Assembly: GCA_002787535.1 (NCBI GenBank)
Contig: PCXB01000063.1
Span: 11,935 to 75,934, forward strand
DNA length: 64,000 nucleotides
Direction of reading: 5' to 3'
DNA from: Deltaproteobacteria bacterium CG11_big_fil_rev_8_21_14_0_20_45_16
GTDB lineage: Bacteria > Bdellovibrionota > UBA2394
In this document: in pieces, positions 48,642-58,368 of the stretch
Layout of the letters: every line of letters begins with the position of its first letter
Numbering within the stretch: position 1 is the stretch's first letter
Made by a program: the position numbers and the translations under genes
Notes under the pieces: model-generated
Seen by the model: only the letters and a program-made list of their open reading frames with translations
Told to the model about the DNA's origin: nothing
Database searches by the model: none

Positions 48642-49358
48642 ATGAGCTCAACAGGACAAATGAGCCCACCGGAGAGACGAATGCTGCGGAGGGGGGATGA
48701 AATTCATCTTAAGCGGCGTTTGTTTCATATTTTTAATGGACTGTTGGCCGTTACGATATCCATCCTTGTTGATTCCAAAGAGAATTTTTTGTTGATTGTG
48801 GGAGGGTTTTTTTTAGTAGAGGTCAGTATCGAGCTCCTGAGGCTTCGCATTCCGACTTTTGGGAGTTGGATTCATCGTTATACGTGCTCGCTCATGAGGT
48901 GTGGGGAGGAAGGTCGGCTCAGTGGCATTCCATTTTATGCCTTAGGCGTTTTTATCAGTTTTGTTGTCTTTCCCAAGTCGATTGCGACATTGGCTGTTCT
49001 CTACCTGGGCATAGGAGATCCGGTGGCCTCCGTCGTTGGTGTCTATCGTGCTAAGAAGGGACGTATTTATCGTCCTGGTTGGTTTAAGAGTTTTTCGCCA
49101 AAAAGTATCGAGGGTGCATTAGCTTGCTTTGTGATTTGCAGTTTTATCAATTTGATTGCGATGCCCCTGGTATTTTCCAGAATGAATTTCGGAGAATGGA
49201 ATTGGTTTTTTGTTTCTTTGCTGGCGGGAATTTGCGCAATGGTGGCCGAGCTTATTCCCACACGAACCGACGACAATCTAAGCCTACCGTTGATTTCGGG
49301 TTCGCTAGTTTGGCTAATCACATCATTTTTGGGCTATACGCCTGGATTAATTGGTTAA
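48642..49358 (+). CDS. Membrane protein of the CTP_transf_1 (phosphatidate cytidylyltransferase / dolichol-phytol kinase) superfamily (tentative)
   Basis: Multi-TM, with a GIGDPVASVVGVYRAKKG motif resembling the family C-terminal signature. Confidence 0.4.
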   Translation: MSSTGQMSPPERRMLRRGDEIHLKRRLFHIFNGLLAVTISILVDSKENFLLIVGGFFLVEVSIELLRLRIPTFGSWIHRYTCSLMRCGEEGRLSGIPFYALGVFISFVVFPKSIATLAVLYLGIGDPVASVVGVYRAKKGRIYRPGWFKSFSPKSIEGALACFVICSFINLIAMPLVFSRMNFGEWNWFFVSLLAGICAMVAELIPTRTDDNLSLPLISGSLVWLITSFLGYTPGLIG

Positions 49359-50014
49359 GAATCGACAAGTAAGAAGGGTGTCCAGCTTTCCTGAATTTTG
49401 CGAAGATTGACAAGTCCAAAGGTGCCGGCGGGTTTTCGGGGTCGAGAGCGAAGTGGCATACTTGCTTCTTGTGGCGTGAGGTTGGCTTTCTTGCGATTGC
49501 AGTCGTGACAGCTTGTAACCAGATTGTCCCAGGTCGTCTTGCCGCCACGCGATCGTGGAACAACATGGTCTAAATTCAGTTTGGCTTTCGGGAATTCATC
49601 TCCACAGTATTGGCAGGTGTACTGATCTCTCATGAAAACATGAGTTCGTGAGAATCGAACACTTCTCTTGGGCAATTGATCGTAGTCATTAAGCACAATA
49701 ACTTTGGGTACCGGAAAAAACCCAGACGTCGTTCGAAGGGGCAAAAAGCAATCTTCGGGAAGGTTTTCGAGCGAGTTGTACATCAGCTGTTCCCAAGTAT
49801 AGGTCTGATATTGGACATCTACGCCTTTGGCAGCCTCTAAAAACAATAGACTGACGGCTCGTTTGACAGTGGTAATATGAACAGGCAAAAAGCAGCGGTT
49901 AAGTACCAGAACCTTTTTGTAAAGAGAGTCTAGATTATCAATGTCGAGTACAGAACGGAAGATGAACCTCCTATCTATAATTATAGGGCCAACAGGCGCG
50001 AAACGGAAGGGCAT
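49355..50014 (-). CDS. Standalone HNH endonuclease
   Basis: YTCQYCG...DHVVPRSRGG...WDNLVTSCHDCNRKKA zinc-finger HNH motif, and an N-terminal LVLNRCFLPV region typical of the small conserved HNH family. The start is uncertain because it overlaps rluD. Confidence 0.65.
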   Translation of the reverse strand: MPFRFAPVGPIIIDRRFIFRSVLDIDNLDSLYKKVLVLNRCFLPVHITTVKRAVSLLFLEAAKGVDVQYQTYTWEQLMYNSLENLPEDCFLPLRTTSGFFPVPKVIVLNDYDQLPKRSVRFSRTHVFMRDQYTCQYCGDEFPKAKLNLDHVVPRSRGGKTTWDNLVTSCHDCNRKKANLTPQEASMPLRSRPRKPAGTFGLVNLRKIQESWTPFLLVDS

Positions 50015-50912
50015 TCGTGTAGACCGTGCATTAGCGGGTTTTGAGCAGCTTCCCAGCCGATCTCAGATTAAGGAGTGGTTTTCAAATGGGCTCATACGAC
50101 GCGGGACGCAGATTCTTGAAGCAAGCGATCTCGTCTATGAAGACGATAAAATTTTGATCGATGTTCCCCCTGCGCCGCAATCTAATTTGGAAGCACGGCC
50201 GCATCCATTGCAAATTTTTTATGAAGATGAAAATTTAATCGTTCTTTATAAAGAGCGTGGCATGAGTATGCATCCCGGCGCACAGGCTTCGGATGAGACG
50301 ACTCTTGTACACGCACTTTTGGGGCATCCAACTCAGCTATCTTCTTCGGGAGGATACTTTCGTCCCGGCATCGTTCATCGCTTGGATAAGGATACGGAAG
50401 GAATTGTCGTTGTTGCCAAAGATAATAAAACTCATGAGGCTTTGTCCCAGCAGTTTGCTAAGCGAACAATTCAGCGCCGCTATTGGGCGCTTTGCTATGG
50501 GGAGGTTCCCGCTCAGATTCAAATTGTGGCGCCGATTGGAAGGCATCCTGTCCTGCGAAAAAAAATGGCGGTTGTCGCTAGGGGGCGTGAAAGTGAAACC
50601 TTGGTCGAAAGAATTGATAGTTTTCCTGAAGGCTACTCTTGGGTGCGTTGCAAATTAAAGTCCGGTCGAACGCATCAGATACGAGTTCATATGCAGCACA
50701 AAGGTTACCCGGTTTTGAATGATCCTGTTTATTCCAATCGTAGTTTAAAATCATTAAACTTGAGCGAAGCCAAGTCAGCGGCTATGGCGAGTTTGAGGGG
50801 TCAAACTTTGATGGCTTACGAACTTGGTTTCCACCACCCGACGCGAAACGAAAATTTGTTATTTCAAGCGGAGATGCCCGAATGGCTAAAAATCATGACT
50901 ACCAAGAATTGA
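49941..50912 (+). CDS. rluD: RluA-family 23S rRNA pseudouridine synthase (RluD-like)
   Basis: N-terminal S4 domain (RVDRALAG) and the catalytic HRLDKDTEG motif. Confidence 0.8.
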   Translation: MSSTERKMNLLSIIIGPTGAKRKGIRVDRALAGFEQLPSRSQIKEWFSNGLIRRGTQILEASDLVYEDDKILIDVPPAPQSNLEARPHPLQIFYEDENLIVLYKERGMSMHPGAQASDETTLVHALLGHPTQLSSSGGYFRPGIVHRLDKDTEGIVVVAKDNKTHEALSQQFAKRTIQRRYWALCYGEVPAQIQIVAPIGRHPVLRKKMAVVARGRESETLVERIDSFPEGYSWVRCKLKSGRTHQIRVHMQHKGYPVLNDPVYSNRSLKSLNLSEAKSAAMASLRGQTLMAYELGFHHPTRNENLLFQAEMPEWLKIMTTKN

Positions 50913-51547
50913 GTTGTAGGTTTTCTGATTACGCCAAAGCTCATTTTGTAATTTCAGATGCAACTTGTTTTAAGACTCGAGAAACCTTGTTGCCGACGGG
51001 CCGCTCGTTGATGCGCCTTAGCCAAATTCATTCCGCTGCGGGATTCGAAGTTAGGGATCATTCTTTGTATGGAAAGGAAGGCGACTGGTTGTGGACGAAA
51101 ATCCCAAATATTCCGATCGGTGTTTTTGTTGCGGACTGCACGGCTATTTTGATGGCCGGCGAGAATGCTGAGGGAAGCTTTGTTGCGGCCATCCATGCGG
51201 GCTGGCGAGGAACGGCAGCTGGAATTATAGAGTCAGTGATCGAAACAATTCAACCGGAAGGCAAGTTTGATGTTTGGCTTTCGCCTTCTATCTCACAAAA
51301 AAATTATGAAGTTTCCCAAGAAGTCTGGGAGGCCTTGGGCTCCGATATAAGGCCTTATGTCCGACCGACTCGAGTCTCTCACGCTCTTTTAGATCTCAAG
51401 AGTTTTCAGGTGGGGAAACTAAAATCTTTCGCAGCAAGAATCTGGAATTATCCATTGTGTAGTTTCGAGCAGCCCGAGTTTTTTTCCTATCGTCAGATGA
51501 AGGGGAAGCTTGAGAGTCGGCACCTTGCTTGGATCGAGCTAAAGTAA
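50882..51547 (+). CDS. pgeF: Peptidoglycan editing factor PgeF / YfiH (DUF152, laccase-domain)
   Basis: ADCTAILM and HAGWRGTAAGI motifs. It follows rluD, as is usual. Confidence 0.75.
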   Translation: MAKNHDYQELSCRFSDYAKAHFVISDATCFKTRETLLPTGRSLMRLSQIHSAAGFEVRDHSLYGKEGDWLWTKIPNIPIGVFVADCTAILMAGENAEGSFVAAIHAGWRGTAAGIIESVIETIQPEGKFDVWLSPSISQKNYEVSQEVWEALGSDIRPYVRPTRVSHALLDLKSFQVGKLKSFAARIWNYPLCSFEQPEFFSYRQMKGKLESRHLAWIELK

Positions 51548-51565
51548 ATTAAACAGAAATCAAGT

Positions 51566-52952
51566 TCACCTTGGATACAAACCTCTTGCCCCGAAAGTTT
51601 TGCGAATTAAATTTTGATGCGCGCCATGATAGATCTCAGCATCGACCCTCTCGACATCTAGCCCGATCTGAGGTGTCAATCCGTTTTTATTTTGCATTAT
51701 AGCGGTCACAAAGAGATTTTGAGCGATAGTCCGTCCGACTTCCAGAAAGTATTTTCCCCCCAAAGCCATTCGAAGTTCCCAGAAAGAAGCGGCCAATGGC
51801 ATGCCACGCTGATGAGGGCCGTACTCCATTCCCGCCGGCCATACATAGGGACGCTCATAAGGAAGATTAGAGTAGTCACGATAACAACCTGCACCGTCGC
51901 CATCAAAGTCAAGACCCATACAATACGTATCAAATGAAAGTGCCGCTACAGTGTCAGCTACCCCCTCATGAAAGCCAAAAAAATCTTCAATCTCACCCTC
52001 CTGAAAACCAAGGCTCTCAAGAAATGCGTGGCCGAACTCGTGGCGAATAATCGTCGAATAAGCAGCGTTCGGACAGTTAGGACTAGAGGCCAAAAAAACC
52101 ATTTCACCCATATTTCTGCGATAGTACGCATTACAAAAACTGAAACCTCCTCCGACATTTGTCGTCGCTACTAAATTCAGATGGGGCGACCAATTGGGTT
52201 CAGCCTGCTGAATCCAATCAATCATCGATTCTATATGGTAATAAGCGTTCCCCGAAGCTACCGAATACTCGGTAATTTGCTTTGGATAATTAATACTGTC
52301 ATCACCCAATAGAAAGTTTGTCTTTCTCTCCTCTCTACTAATCCAGTCTACTAATCCAGCTTGATTCTTCATGAGTGTTATAACAGTTCAAACCATTTTG
52401 ATCACATCGCTTAAAGGTTCCGGTTCCGTCTTTGGCGTTTCGCACGCTCAAAAACTCTGAATGAAAATCTGTCATCAATAGCCCACGATCAAACTGCAAA
52501 TTTCTTGGTAGGTTGATCAAATAACTTCCGTCCCACCTCGTCTCACCCGTCCAGTTAAATAAATCCGAAGCACTGATAGGAATCGACAATTCAACTTTTC
52601 CAAACGGAAGAGGAGCTTTATCAGGATCAGATTGATGGATGGGGGCAATACCCCGGTTGATCCACATTCCCACATGCCCCTTAATTGTCGGACCAGGACC
52701 TGTCGGTTCTACTTGACTGTTAGGTCGTTTAAATGACGGCCTCGACAAATCAGAAAGCTCTCGTTCAACTTCTGGAGGAACGTCCATGCAGGAACCAAGA
52801 TGGGTAGAATTAAGGTCTTGTCGACCTGGCACAAACGACTGTGCCAAAGCCACGTCTTCCGATAAAAATGAAAAAGCTAACAATGAAAGAACCAAAGTTG
52901 AAAAAAAAGACCTCTCCCACCGACAACCAGCAAAATCCCCTCGTCTCATCAC
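51566..52952 (-). pseudogene. Secreted HExxH zinc metalloprotease gene split into two ORFs by a 13-bp tandem duplication
   Basis: The upstream ORF (52338-52952) has a signal peptide. The downstream ORF (51566-52372) has HEFGHAF plus HEGVAD. Deleting one copy of TCTACTAATCCAG at 52334-52359 fuses the two in frame. Confidence 0.6.
52334..52359. repeat. Perfect 13-bp tandem duplication (TCTACTAATCCAG x2) causing the +1 frameshift
   Basis: It reads directly from the sequence. Confidence 0.9.
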
Positions 52953-53016
52953 CGTTTTGCGTAACAGCCCTTCATAAACGGAGTAAAGCTTTTTTACACA
53001 ATTTCAAAGACTTAGA

Positions 53017-53577
53017 TTAATCGCTTTCAACTCCAAATTCGCGGAGCCAGGGGCTGTCCGTTTCGAATTGAGTTCCAGGAGCGTTAAGATCTTCACGAAG
53101 TTCACCCAAGAATTTAATACCCGGGATCCAGGTCCAATCCATAATTTTGAGACCCGCTGAAACCATCTTTGAGTCCTGCCAGTCGTTATCCGCATCTTGG
53201 AACTTATAGCGCAAGTGATCCGGAAGGAGGTTAAGGCCAGCGGTGAGAAGAACGACGACGAGAAATCCCTTGAGGGTCCCTAAGCCAAATCCCATCCAAC
53301 GATCGATGGGATTGAGAATGGGCATTTTTCCAAATCTCATCATAGCAAAACGAAGGAGGCTACCGAATACCAAAACACTGATCGTCAAGGCCATCCAAAC
53401 AACAAAGAGGGGCCATTGGGTCAGCCATTCACTCTTTAAAAGTTCGGCCAAGGGTAAAGAGAAAAGACAGATAATAAGGAGGCTGAACAGCGAAATAAAC
53501 TGAAATAGAAAGCCTTGAGCAAAGCCAAGGCTCGCAAATAAAAATATAATTACTAAAAAAAGAAGATCGGAATACAT
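53017..53577 (-). CDS. CvpA-family membrane protein (colicin V production protein-like)
   Basis: Four TM helices with a CvpA-like N-terminus MYSDLLFLVIIFLFASLGF. Confidence 0.65.
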   Translation of the reverse strand: MYSDLLFLVIIFLFASLGFAQGFLFQFISLFSLLIICLFSLPLAELLKSEWLTQWPLFVVWMALTISVLVFGSLLRFAMMRFGKMPILNPIDRWMGFGLGTLKGFLVVVLLTAGLNLLPDHLRYKFQDADNDWQDSKMVSAGLKIMDWTWIPGIKFLGELREDLNAPGTQFETDSPWLREFGVESD

Positions 53578-53591
53578 AGCTTCATTCTATA

Positions 53592-54284
53592 ATGAGGAGA
53601 GTGAAGACTCCCATCAAAGAATTGTGTTCGACGCTATCTGATGACCTGGCGCGCAAATCTTTTTTTCTTTTAACTTTTTATTTTTCGGTCGCCGCTGTCA
53701 TTTACTATGGCAAGTTCTATGGGGGCATCGAATGGGGCGTCTATATTGAGCGGTTTGGCTTTCAGGCCGCCATTGGGCTTTGCTTGGTTTTTCTTTGGTT
53801 AAAGGGCTGGCGTCCGAATTGGAGAATGCCAAAAATCTATCTCACTTGGACACTTTGTTTAGTAGCAGCTTATTTTCTATTTCTCCAGGTTTTGGATTTG
53901 GTTCTGGCTGGAATTGGACTTCCCGTAGTGAGGGTGGGTGTGACCGATGAGTTTGAGGCTTTGCTTGCTCAGCTTTTGATTGCTCCCATAATCGAAGAGT
54001 TGTTTTTTAGAGACTATCTCTACCGAGCCATGTTCCTTCAGCTTGGCAGCCTGAAGCGAGCTGTTTTGTTTTCCTCCGGGTTTTTTATGCTGGCACATAT
54101 GAGTCTTCATATTAATGCCTTTTTTCTCGGTTTAGTCGCCTGCGGACTTTATCTGATTTTTCGATCGATTCTTCCGCTGATTGTTTTTCATGCGGTTTGT
54201 AACTTTAGCCTTTTGCTAATTCCTGAGTATTTTCCCCATGTGCAGGCCCTCCTTGTCGAGATGGGCCGGTTTAGGGAGTTCTAG
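53592..54284 (+). CDS. CPBP-family intramembrane glutamic protease (CAAX protease/Abi)
   Basis: EELFFRDYLY (EExxxR), FFMLAHM (FxxxH) and HAVCNF (HxxxN) motifs. Confidence 0.75.
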   Translation: MRRVKTPIKELCSTLSDDLARKSFFLLTFYFSVAAVIYYGKFYGGIEWGVYIERFGFQAAIGLCLVFLWLKGWRPNWRMPKIYLTWTLCLVAAYFLFLQVLDLVLAGIGLPVVRVGVTDEFEALLAQLLIAPIIEELFFRDYLYRAMFLQLGSLKRAVLFSSGFFMLAHMSLHINAFFLGLVACGLYLIFRSILPLIVFHAVCNFSLLLIPEYFPHVQALLVEMGRFREF

Positions 54285-56104
54285 TTGGTTACTTCGGGAA
54301 GTTCATTTCCCCAGCAACTTGATTTCGGTCCAAATACACTTTTGAAGGGATCCGTCACCTGCTCAAATCGGGCTTGAGAATGAAGTCCATGTTTATTGAA
54401 TGCCTCGCGGATCGTACGGGCATTTTTTGAGTAGGTAAGTGGGTCACCGTCTTCATTTGCTTCGTCGGCCATTCTGAGGTCTCGATAAAATTCTCGGATA
54501 TTACTGCCTCTTGCCAATCGAGCTTCATGAATAAGCCTATCGGCTTTCTCATGCCCCAAACTTTCGCGAAGGTCCCAGAGCGCTCCGCTGAAAAGCTGGC
54601 CATCTCGATGGAAGTACTTTCCTTCGAAAAATGTATCGTATTGGTAGGTGTTCTTGACCGTTCTCAAATAGGGAACGTTTCCGATCATGGCGCCGTTTCC
54701 AATCATAGGATCCCCTGTAATCGTGGCTGCAAAATAATCACTAAAAGCTTCGTTCATCGCTGAAAATTCATAGTTTATTTTGATGCCATAGATTTCGTGA
54801 GTTACCGAGTGAAAAAACTCGTGCAAAATAATGTCTCGAGCCATGGCTGTGTTTTTGAACACGCTTTTTCCCGCGCCAAAGGCTAAGGTATAAAGCAAGG
54901 GATCAAAGAAGGCATTGTCCAAATCCAAGCCGAAGTTTGCCATGGCGACGATTTGGCGATTCATTGCGTTAAATTCGAGATTTTCGCTGAGGTAGCTGCG
55001 AGCTTTCATGACCCAATAATATATATTTCTTTCCTCGGGTGATGAATGATCATCAAATTGTACCAGTGAATCTCTCAGGTCCTCGCTAAAGGTTAACTGC
55101 ATTTCGTTGTTCAAGCCCTTGTTGTCGACTACCGACAGGTAAGGATTTTCCAGCGTTAGCAGAGCTTTCTCTCCGAGCAAGTTTTTGAAATCAAATTTTC
55201 CAAAGAGGTCAGCCTGATACTTGCTATTGCCCACTTTAAAAGTCACAAAGGGTAAAAATTCTTCCAACAGACTTTGCTCCGGACGATCGGGAGCGATCGA
55301 ACCTTGGACAGACAAAAGCATATCGTCTTCAAACAAATCTTCGGGAATATACGTGCCGACGATTTCGCCCGAAGCTTGATCCATCCATATTTGGTAGGCA
55401 CGTTGGGCTTGCGGATTATAGATCTGGAACATTTTGCTTACATAAAAATCAAAGCCACTCTCGCCCAGCTTGGGGTAGATAACTTCTTGGCTTCCAAAAA
55501 TTTGATGGCCGAAAGGGATTTTATCAGCGGCTAATTCTCGAAACTGGGTGGGAAAGTTTATGGCTTCAAGTTTTCCATTTTGTATGAGACTGGATCGCAA
55601 AGAAAGCCATTGGCCGCTTCGATCTAAGCGCAGGGTGACCTCGGCGCCCACAATGTCGCGTTCCATAAATGTTTGCTGAAAGCTTACGTAGTCGAAAAGT
55701 TTAGAGCGCTGATTGCCTTGCAATCGGAAGCTTAAATCTGGAAATAAATTGTTCAACACTTCTTTCGCTTGAAATATTAAATCGGCATTCGATAACACTG
55801 GACCCTTGGTAATAGGGCGAACGGGGTTTTCAAGTTGCCGAGGCGTCCCAGAATCCACGTTGACCGAAACAACTCGCAAGCCATTTTCAAGCTTGGAGGG
55901 CTCGGGAGTGTCAATGTCAGTGATCTCGACAATCCTGGAGTTAGTCTTAGAGAGACTGTAGTCCTCGCTCTTCCACTCCGAAGTTGGCGATGACGAACAA
56001 GCGCTTAAGCAAAACGATGCCAATAGATATCGAATGGATCGACTCATATCCCCCCCAAAGATGCGTGCCATCCCGATGGATAACTTGGCATCTCGAATTT
56101 TCAA
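54281..56104 (-). CDS. Thermolysin-like (M4-type) zinc metalloprotease lipoprotein
   Basis: HEFFHSVTHE...NEAFSDYF (HExxH + NExxSD), with a lipobox LSACSS about 20 codons into the ORF. The true start is probably the internal Met just downstream of a C7 tract near 56048. My base count in this stretch disagrees with the supplied ORF track by 1 nt. Confidence 0.65.
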   Translation of the reverse strand: MKIRDAKLSIGMARIFGGDMSRSIRYLLASFCLSACSSSPTSEWKSEDYSLSKTNSRIVEITDIDTPEPSKLENGLRVVSVNVDSGTPRQLENPVRPITKGPVLSNADLIFQAKEVLNNLFPDLSFRLQGNQRSKLFDYVSFQQTFMERDIVGAEVTLRLDRSGQWLSLRSSLIQNGKLEAINFPTQFRELAADKIPFGHQIFGSQEVIYPKLGESGFDFYVSKMFQIYNPQAQRAYQIWMDQASGEIVGTYIPEDLFEDDMLLSVQGSIAPDRPEQSLLEEFLPFVTFKVGNSKYQADLFGKFDFKNLLGEKALLTLENPYLSVVDNKGLNNEMQLTFSEDLRDSLVQFDDHSSPEERNIYYWVMKARSYLSENLEFNAMNRQIVAMANFGLDLDNAFFDPLLYTLAFGAGKSVFKNTAMARDIILHEFFHSVTHEIYGIKINYEFSAMNEAFSDYFAATITGDPMIGNGAMIGNVPYLRTVKNTYQYDTFFEGKYFHRDGQLFSGALWDLRESLGHEKADRLIHEARLARGSNIREFYRDLRMADEANEDGDPLTYSKNARTIREAFNKHGLHSQARFEQVTDPFKSVFGPKSSCWGNELPEVTN

Positions 56105-56189
56105 TTTAGTATCTGATCAAACTCTCAATCCCCATTGAGAAAGTTTTTAATCCCCAGTTATAGATTGTACGAAGAAGTATTTTGATCGG

Positions 56190-57320
56190 TCAATTTGTTT
56201 GCTGCTCTGCCTCAATTTTTTTTAGCGCCTGCAGAATAAAGGCTTCTTGTGGCTTCAACTTCAAAGCCGCATGGAGATAGCGCTTCGCATCAAGCCATCT
56301 TTTTTCTTCAAAGGCGATGACACCGAGATTGAAGTTCGCAATAAAATCATCAACTTTGTGACCGAGAACTTCGAGTGCTGTTCGAGAAGACTGATCGAAT
56401 TTTTTTTGAAACATCAAGGCCGTGCTTAAATTTGATTTGGAATAAAGATCCTCTGGTGTGAGTCGTAATTTCATTCGAATCCATTGCTCGGCTTCCGGAT
56501 AAGCTCCGGCTCGAAGCGCGACTTGATAGGCCGTGAGTAATACTTGTGCCTCTTGAGGAAATTGGCGAATCGCAAGTTGAGCCATTTTGTAGGCGGCCTC
56601 TTGTTCGTCAAGCTCTGAAAGCGTGACGAGATATTCCACCCAGGCGATTGGGTTTTGAGCTTCCTCCTTTAATTTTTGCCGCGAGAGATCCAAGTAATAA
56701 ACAAGTTTCTGACGATGTCCTGATTTGAGTCGGCCATAGTGATGAAGAATAAGAGGAAGTTTTTCATGCTGGAGTCCCCGTCGGCGGCAAAAAGGAAGAA
56801 GGCTTTCATGAATTCTTCCTTCGTAGACAAGTCCCGATGTTTTCTTATAAAGCCGCTCCATATAATTGTCTGTGTAAAAGACGGGGCTTTTTGGAAATTC
56901 ATTCAAGCCCGGAAGATTGGTACCTTCAAAGGGAATCACCTGATCTTGACTGGCATCCAAAGTGTAATTTCGTTGGATCAAGCTGAAGGCGACGCTTTTT
57001 TGCGATTGAATGGCTTGTTCAACGCCTCGTCGAGTTTCGGCATCTAACACCTCGTCGCCGTCTACAAAGAAAATCCACTCGCCACGAGCTTTCTTCGCAA
57101 TTTTATTTCGGGCATCGGAAAAATGGTTTGTCCATTCGAGCTTATGAATATCAATTCTTTCGTCCTTGGCTTGAAAGGATTTTAAAATGGATGGGCTTTT
57201 ATCCTTGGACCCAGTGTCGAATATAAGAATTTCTTCGCAAGGCAATTCAAGGACACTGGTCAAAGAAGCTCCAATAAATTCTTCCTCATTCTTAATCATA
57301 TAGCAGACGCTCAGGGACAT
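56190..57320 (-). CDS. Family 2 glycosyltransferase with C-terminal TPR repeats
   Basis: LSVCYMIKNEE...DTGSKD (GT2 DxD region) and TPR-like helices in the C-terminal half. A GGGGA RBS precedes the chosen Met. Confidence 0.7.
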   Translation of the reverse strand: MSLSVCYMIKNEEEFIGASLTSVLELPCEEILIFDTGSKDKSPSILKSFQAKDERIDIHKLEWTNHFSDARNKIAKKARGEWIFFVDGDEVLDAETRRGVEQAIQSQKSVAFSLIQRNYTLDASQDQVIPFEGTNLPGLNEFPKSPVFYTDNYMERLYKKTSGLVYEGRIHESLLPFCRRRGLQHEKLPLILHHYGRLKSGHRQKLVYYLDLSRQKLKEEAQNPIAWVEYLVTLSELDEQEAAYKMAQLAIRQFPQEAQVLLTAYQVALRAGAYPEAEQWIRMKLRLTPEDLYSKSNLSTALMFQKKFDQSSRTALEVLGHKVDDFIANFNLGVIAFEEKRWLDAKRYLHAALKLKPQEAFILQALKKIEAEQQTN

Positions 57321-57390
57321 TCCCCACAGTCTACGGGCAGCAGGGGGAGGCTGCACTTGAATTTTTTAAAGTCCTGAGCTAGGAGAGGCC

Positions 57391-58350
57391 GTGCTTAAAG
57401 CCCTTTATTTAGCCACTTTATGCTTTTTAAGCCTTTTGGCGACCCGGGATAATCTACTTGTCGCCCAAGAGCGGAGTATGCCCCATGCTGGCTTACAAAC
57501 CGACAGTGGGGACTTTGAAGATCGGGCGGATTCCTTGAAATTGCAACTGAAAAACCATATGGCTCATTTCAGAAACGCTTATGCGCAATTTAGAGCCGGG
57601 GAGCTTACTGAATCGATCTTTAAATTTTACGTCCGGCTATCGATAGAGCAGATTGTGGGTACGTTTTTTGATTCTGGCTTGGCCGATTTTCGAGAGACCG
57701 GGGGTGTAGAAGCTCTGGCCGATACGATTGTGAGTGAACTAAATAAACTTGCGCTCTCTACGCCGATGGATCAATCGAAGCACGAAATGATTGAGGCTTT
57801 GCGAATGGCCTTGTCCAAGCATTGGGAACTGATTGAATCTTCCGAAGATTATTTGACTTCCCAAAGAAACAATCGGATCAACTCTCGAATTCTCGGATAC
57901 GGAGCTTTGCCAAGCCTTCGATATGTGGCATGGCCCACGGCGCGTTATCTTGTCTGGCCTAGTTTAAAATTTATTTTTTGGGACTTTTGGAAACGACCAC
58001 CTCGGGCGCCCCATGGTATTGGGGCACGTTGGCGAAGTTTGAGATTATCGCGTGAAATTCGTAAGCTTCGATCAAAACCAACTAGCCCAGTTGCGCAGAG
58101 TCGGCTTCGGGAGTGCGTTGCCGAATTTCGTGAGTTGAATCCTCGAGTGTCAGGTAGTGTTCCAGAGGAGCCGCGGCGGACAAATCCATGGCTTAAAGCC
58201 GGACTCACAGTAGGCTTTTATGGAGCGAGTGGTTTTGTGTTAACCGGAGTCATTCAGAATCGAACGGCATTCATTCCAGATTGGCAGTCACATCGTCGGG
58301 AGCTCGACTCGAATATATTTCCAAGCATTGATGATATTCTTGGCAACTAG
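57391..58350 (+). CDS. Secreted hypothetical protein
   Basis: Signal peptide MLKALYLATLCFLSLLATRDNLLVAQ. No family motif was recognised. Confidence 0.45.
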   Translation: MLKALYLATLCFLSLLATRDNLLVAQERSMPHAGLQTDSGDFEDRADSLKLQLKNHMAHFRNAYAQFRAGELTESIFKFYVRLSIEQIVGTFFDSGLADFRETGGVEALADTIVSELNKLALSTPMDQSKHEMIEALRMALSKHWELIESSEDYLTSQRNNRINSRILGYGALPSLRYVAWPTARYLVWPSLKFIFWDFWKRPPRAPHGIGARWRSLRLSREIRKLRSKPTSPVAQSRLRECVAEFRELNPRVSGSVPEEPRRTNPWLKAGLTVGFYGASGFVLTGVIQNRTAFIPDWQSHRRELDSNIFPSIDDILGN

Positions 58351-58368
58351 TGTAAGGCTGCCGGAGGA

